Assembly: GCF_000143415.4 (NCBI RefSeq)
Contig: NW_003314263.1
Location: 3,947,018-4,011,017, forward strand
Length of the DNA stretch: 64,000 nucleotides
DNA from: Selaginella moellendorffii
Lineage: Eukaryota; Plantae; Lycopodiophyta
Reading direction: 5' to 3'
The position numbers and the translations under genes were made by a program. The notes beneath the pieces were generated by a model. The model ran no database searches and was not told the origin of the DNA. It saw only the letters and a list, made by a program, of their open reading frames with translations. The number at the start of each line of letters is the position of its first letter. The first letter of the stretch is position 1. Positions 62,278 through 64,000 of the stretch are shown piece after piece.

Positions 62278-62439
62278 TGTAATGCATATGATTATGGGAT
62301 GAGATTTAGATATATTGTCACTATAGAATTTTGGAACTTTGGGGGATAAATGGGGATAAAATAGTTCCTAAGGGCTTTCTCATAAACTAATTCCCCTTTT
62401 TTCAATTAGTTTAAGGGGAAAGAGATAGGGTGTGCTACA
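62278..62439 (+). mobile_element. Solo LTR of the same TRIM family, opposite orientation
   Basis: Reverse complement of the TRIM LTR, TG...CA ends, flanks TAATT and CAATT (decayed TSD). Confidence 0.75.
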
Positions 62440-64000
62440 CAATTATAATACTTGATGGTAAATATCTCTAAATCAACAACCTGAATAAACCTTAAAAATA
62501 TCAATCAGTTGATATCAATATTGTCAACAATGATTTAAGAAGAAATGAAGATTATAACCTTGAAATTAACCACTCAAGAATTACAACCTTGAAACTTAAA
62601 AATAAAAAATCATAGGCATGAAGCTTAATAATCCAAGAAATTTAAATACAAAACCCAAGATTTCAACACAAACAAAATAAATAAGAATCAAAACTATGAT
62701 TTCAATAAAAAGATGAATTTTAAGAGCAACTCAAGGAAGAATTCTAAGGTTTAAATACAAGAAGATAATTCCAAGAAAATTCTTAAAAATTAAGCCAATT
62801 CAACTTAAAGATAATTCTCATACTTCAAGTTCAAAAGAAATCATGAAAGTACATAACTTGAAAATCTTTACCAAAAATAAAACTAAGAGACACTACAATT
62901 ACCAAGACTCATCAATAATTGTATAAGATCAAGAGAAAATAATTTCCATCAAGAAGATAAAATAAAAATAAAAAATAAAAAATTTAAGCTAGAGATTTGA
63001 CCCAAATCATAGTCAAATTTGGGGCCAAAAACAAAAGCCTTAACCCTATTACTTCCACAACACTGAGATCAACTTGGAAAAGGGATGAAGAGCTCAATAA
63101 TTGGCTATATAAAGTTGGACTGTAGAAATTCTCAAAGATTATGGAAAAACCATATAATCTTAACATTGCTAAGAAGTTTTTCCTACCATACAATAAAGAC
63201 TTTATGTATATTAACAGCTACGAGTTTATCATGCATGCCAAATACTTTGTGTAGGCTTTCAAGCTTCTCACTAGCAAAGAGCAAATGACATTGATGCCAC
63301 ACATAAAGGGGATTTCATCAAAATGTATCAAAGTCCTTGAGAACTACAATAGCAACAACTCTCTATAAATGAGCGATATGATTGATGAAGCAAAATTGTA
63401 GCTAAGGTTTTTGATCCCTACACTTAAGATGTGCAAGTTGATACTTTTGCTAGTAAAGCAATCACAATTCTCTATAATGACTTGCAGTAAAAAACAAAAG
63501 TTAACATTGCGAGCTACCATTGCAACAAGCTTATAAAATAAAACCATGCTCCAAAACAACCTCAAATGTGAAACACTTTTGCTTCCTTCCATCACAGCAC
63601 TCGCCCTAACCCTAAAGCTTAATATTACCATCCCGCTCTAAATTAAAGAAACAGTAGCAAATGATGGCAACAAAAGATCAAGCGATGCCACCAACACTAA
63701 GACAAAACATAAGAAAGTGAGGAAGAAAATGAAAAAGGAAACATCACCAGAAAAGAGACAAAGAGCATCAAATGAACATGAAAGCTCAAGGTGAAAAGAC
63801 ACTCAAGAACTAGATCTTGAGTAACTACCTTGCTAAAGGATGCCAAGATTGAGACAAGTGCCAAGAAACAAACTCCAAATTAATAATTACTAGTATTAAA
63901 CGGGCATAATGTGAACTCACCTACAAATGCTTTTCCCTTAGAGACTGTTCATGTAAGCAAGTATATGTTTGCATGAGACTTGTGCTATGTAGTGGTCTAA

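Noticed and set aside
60190-62439. Mutator-like element bounded by 160-bp inverted repeats
   Set aside because: Each repeat is an LTR with TG...CA ends and its own 5-bp TSD context (TRIM plus solo LTR).

Overview
Eukaryotic plant nuclear DNA, most likely the spike moss Selaginella (inferred from very short introns, tiny intergenic gaps, short-repeat PPR genes and an rDNA-inserted Chlamys-type element). Bases 1-31 kb are a compact gene block: FMN hydrolase, B-lectin, two PPR genes plus a split PPR pseudogene, ARM protein, PGP synthase, DUF2039, At1g75140-like membrane protein, PAT1, PEX5, a kinase with unusual flanking domains, a pre-miRNA-like hairpin, two dirigent genes and several gene fragments. 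Bases 33,024-57,343 are a nested structure inside one old Ty3/gypsy chromovirus (TSD TGTTA; self-priming rather than tRNA-primed). It carries (i) a young non-coding LARD-like LTR element (TSD CTGTC) and (ii) an 11-kb orphan, decaying 26S rDNA segment inserted in its integrase. That rDNA holds two kinds of site-inserted retroelement, both antisense to the rRNA: a Chlamys-type Penelope-like element, and two tandem 5'-truncated L1/Tx1-like LINE copies at one identical 16-bp target next to the peptidyl-transferase centre. The LINE pair is the best candidate for an undescribed system, a 26S-rDNA sequence-specific plant LINE. The AT-rich right end contains a TRIM (TSD GATCA) and a solo LTR of the same family.
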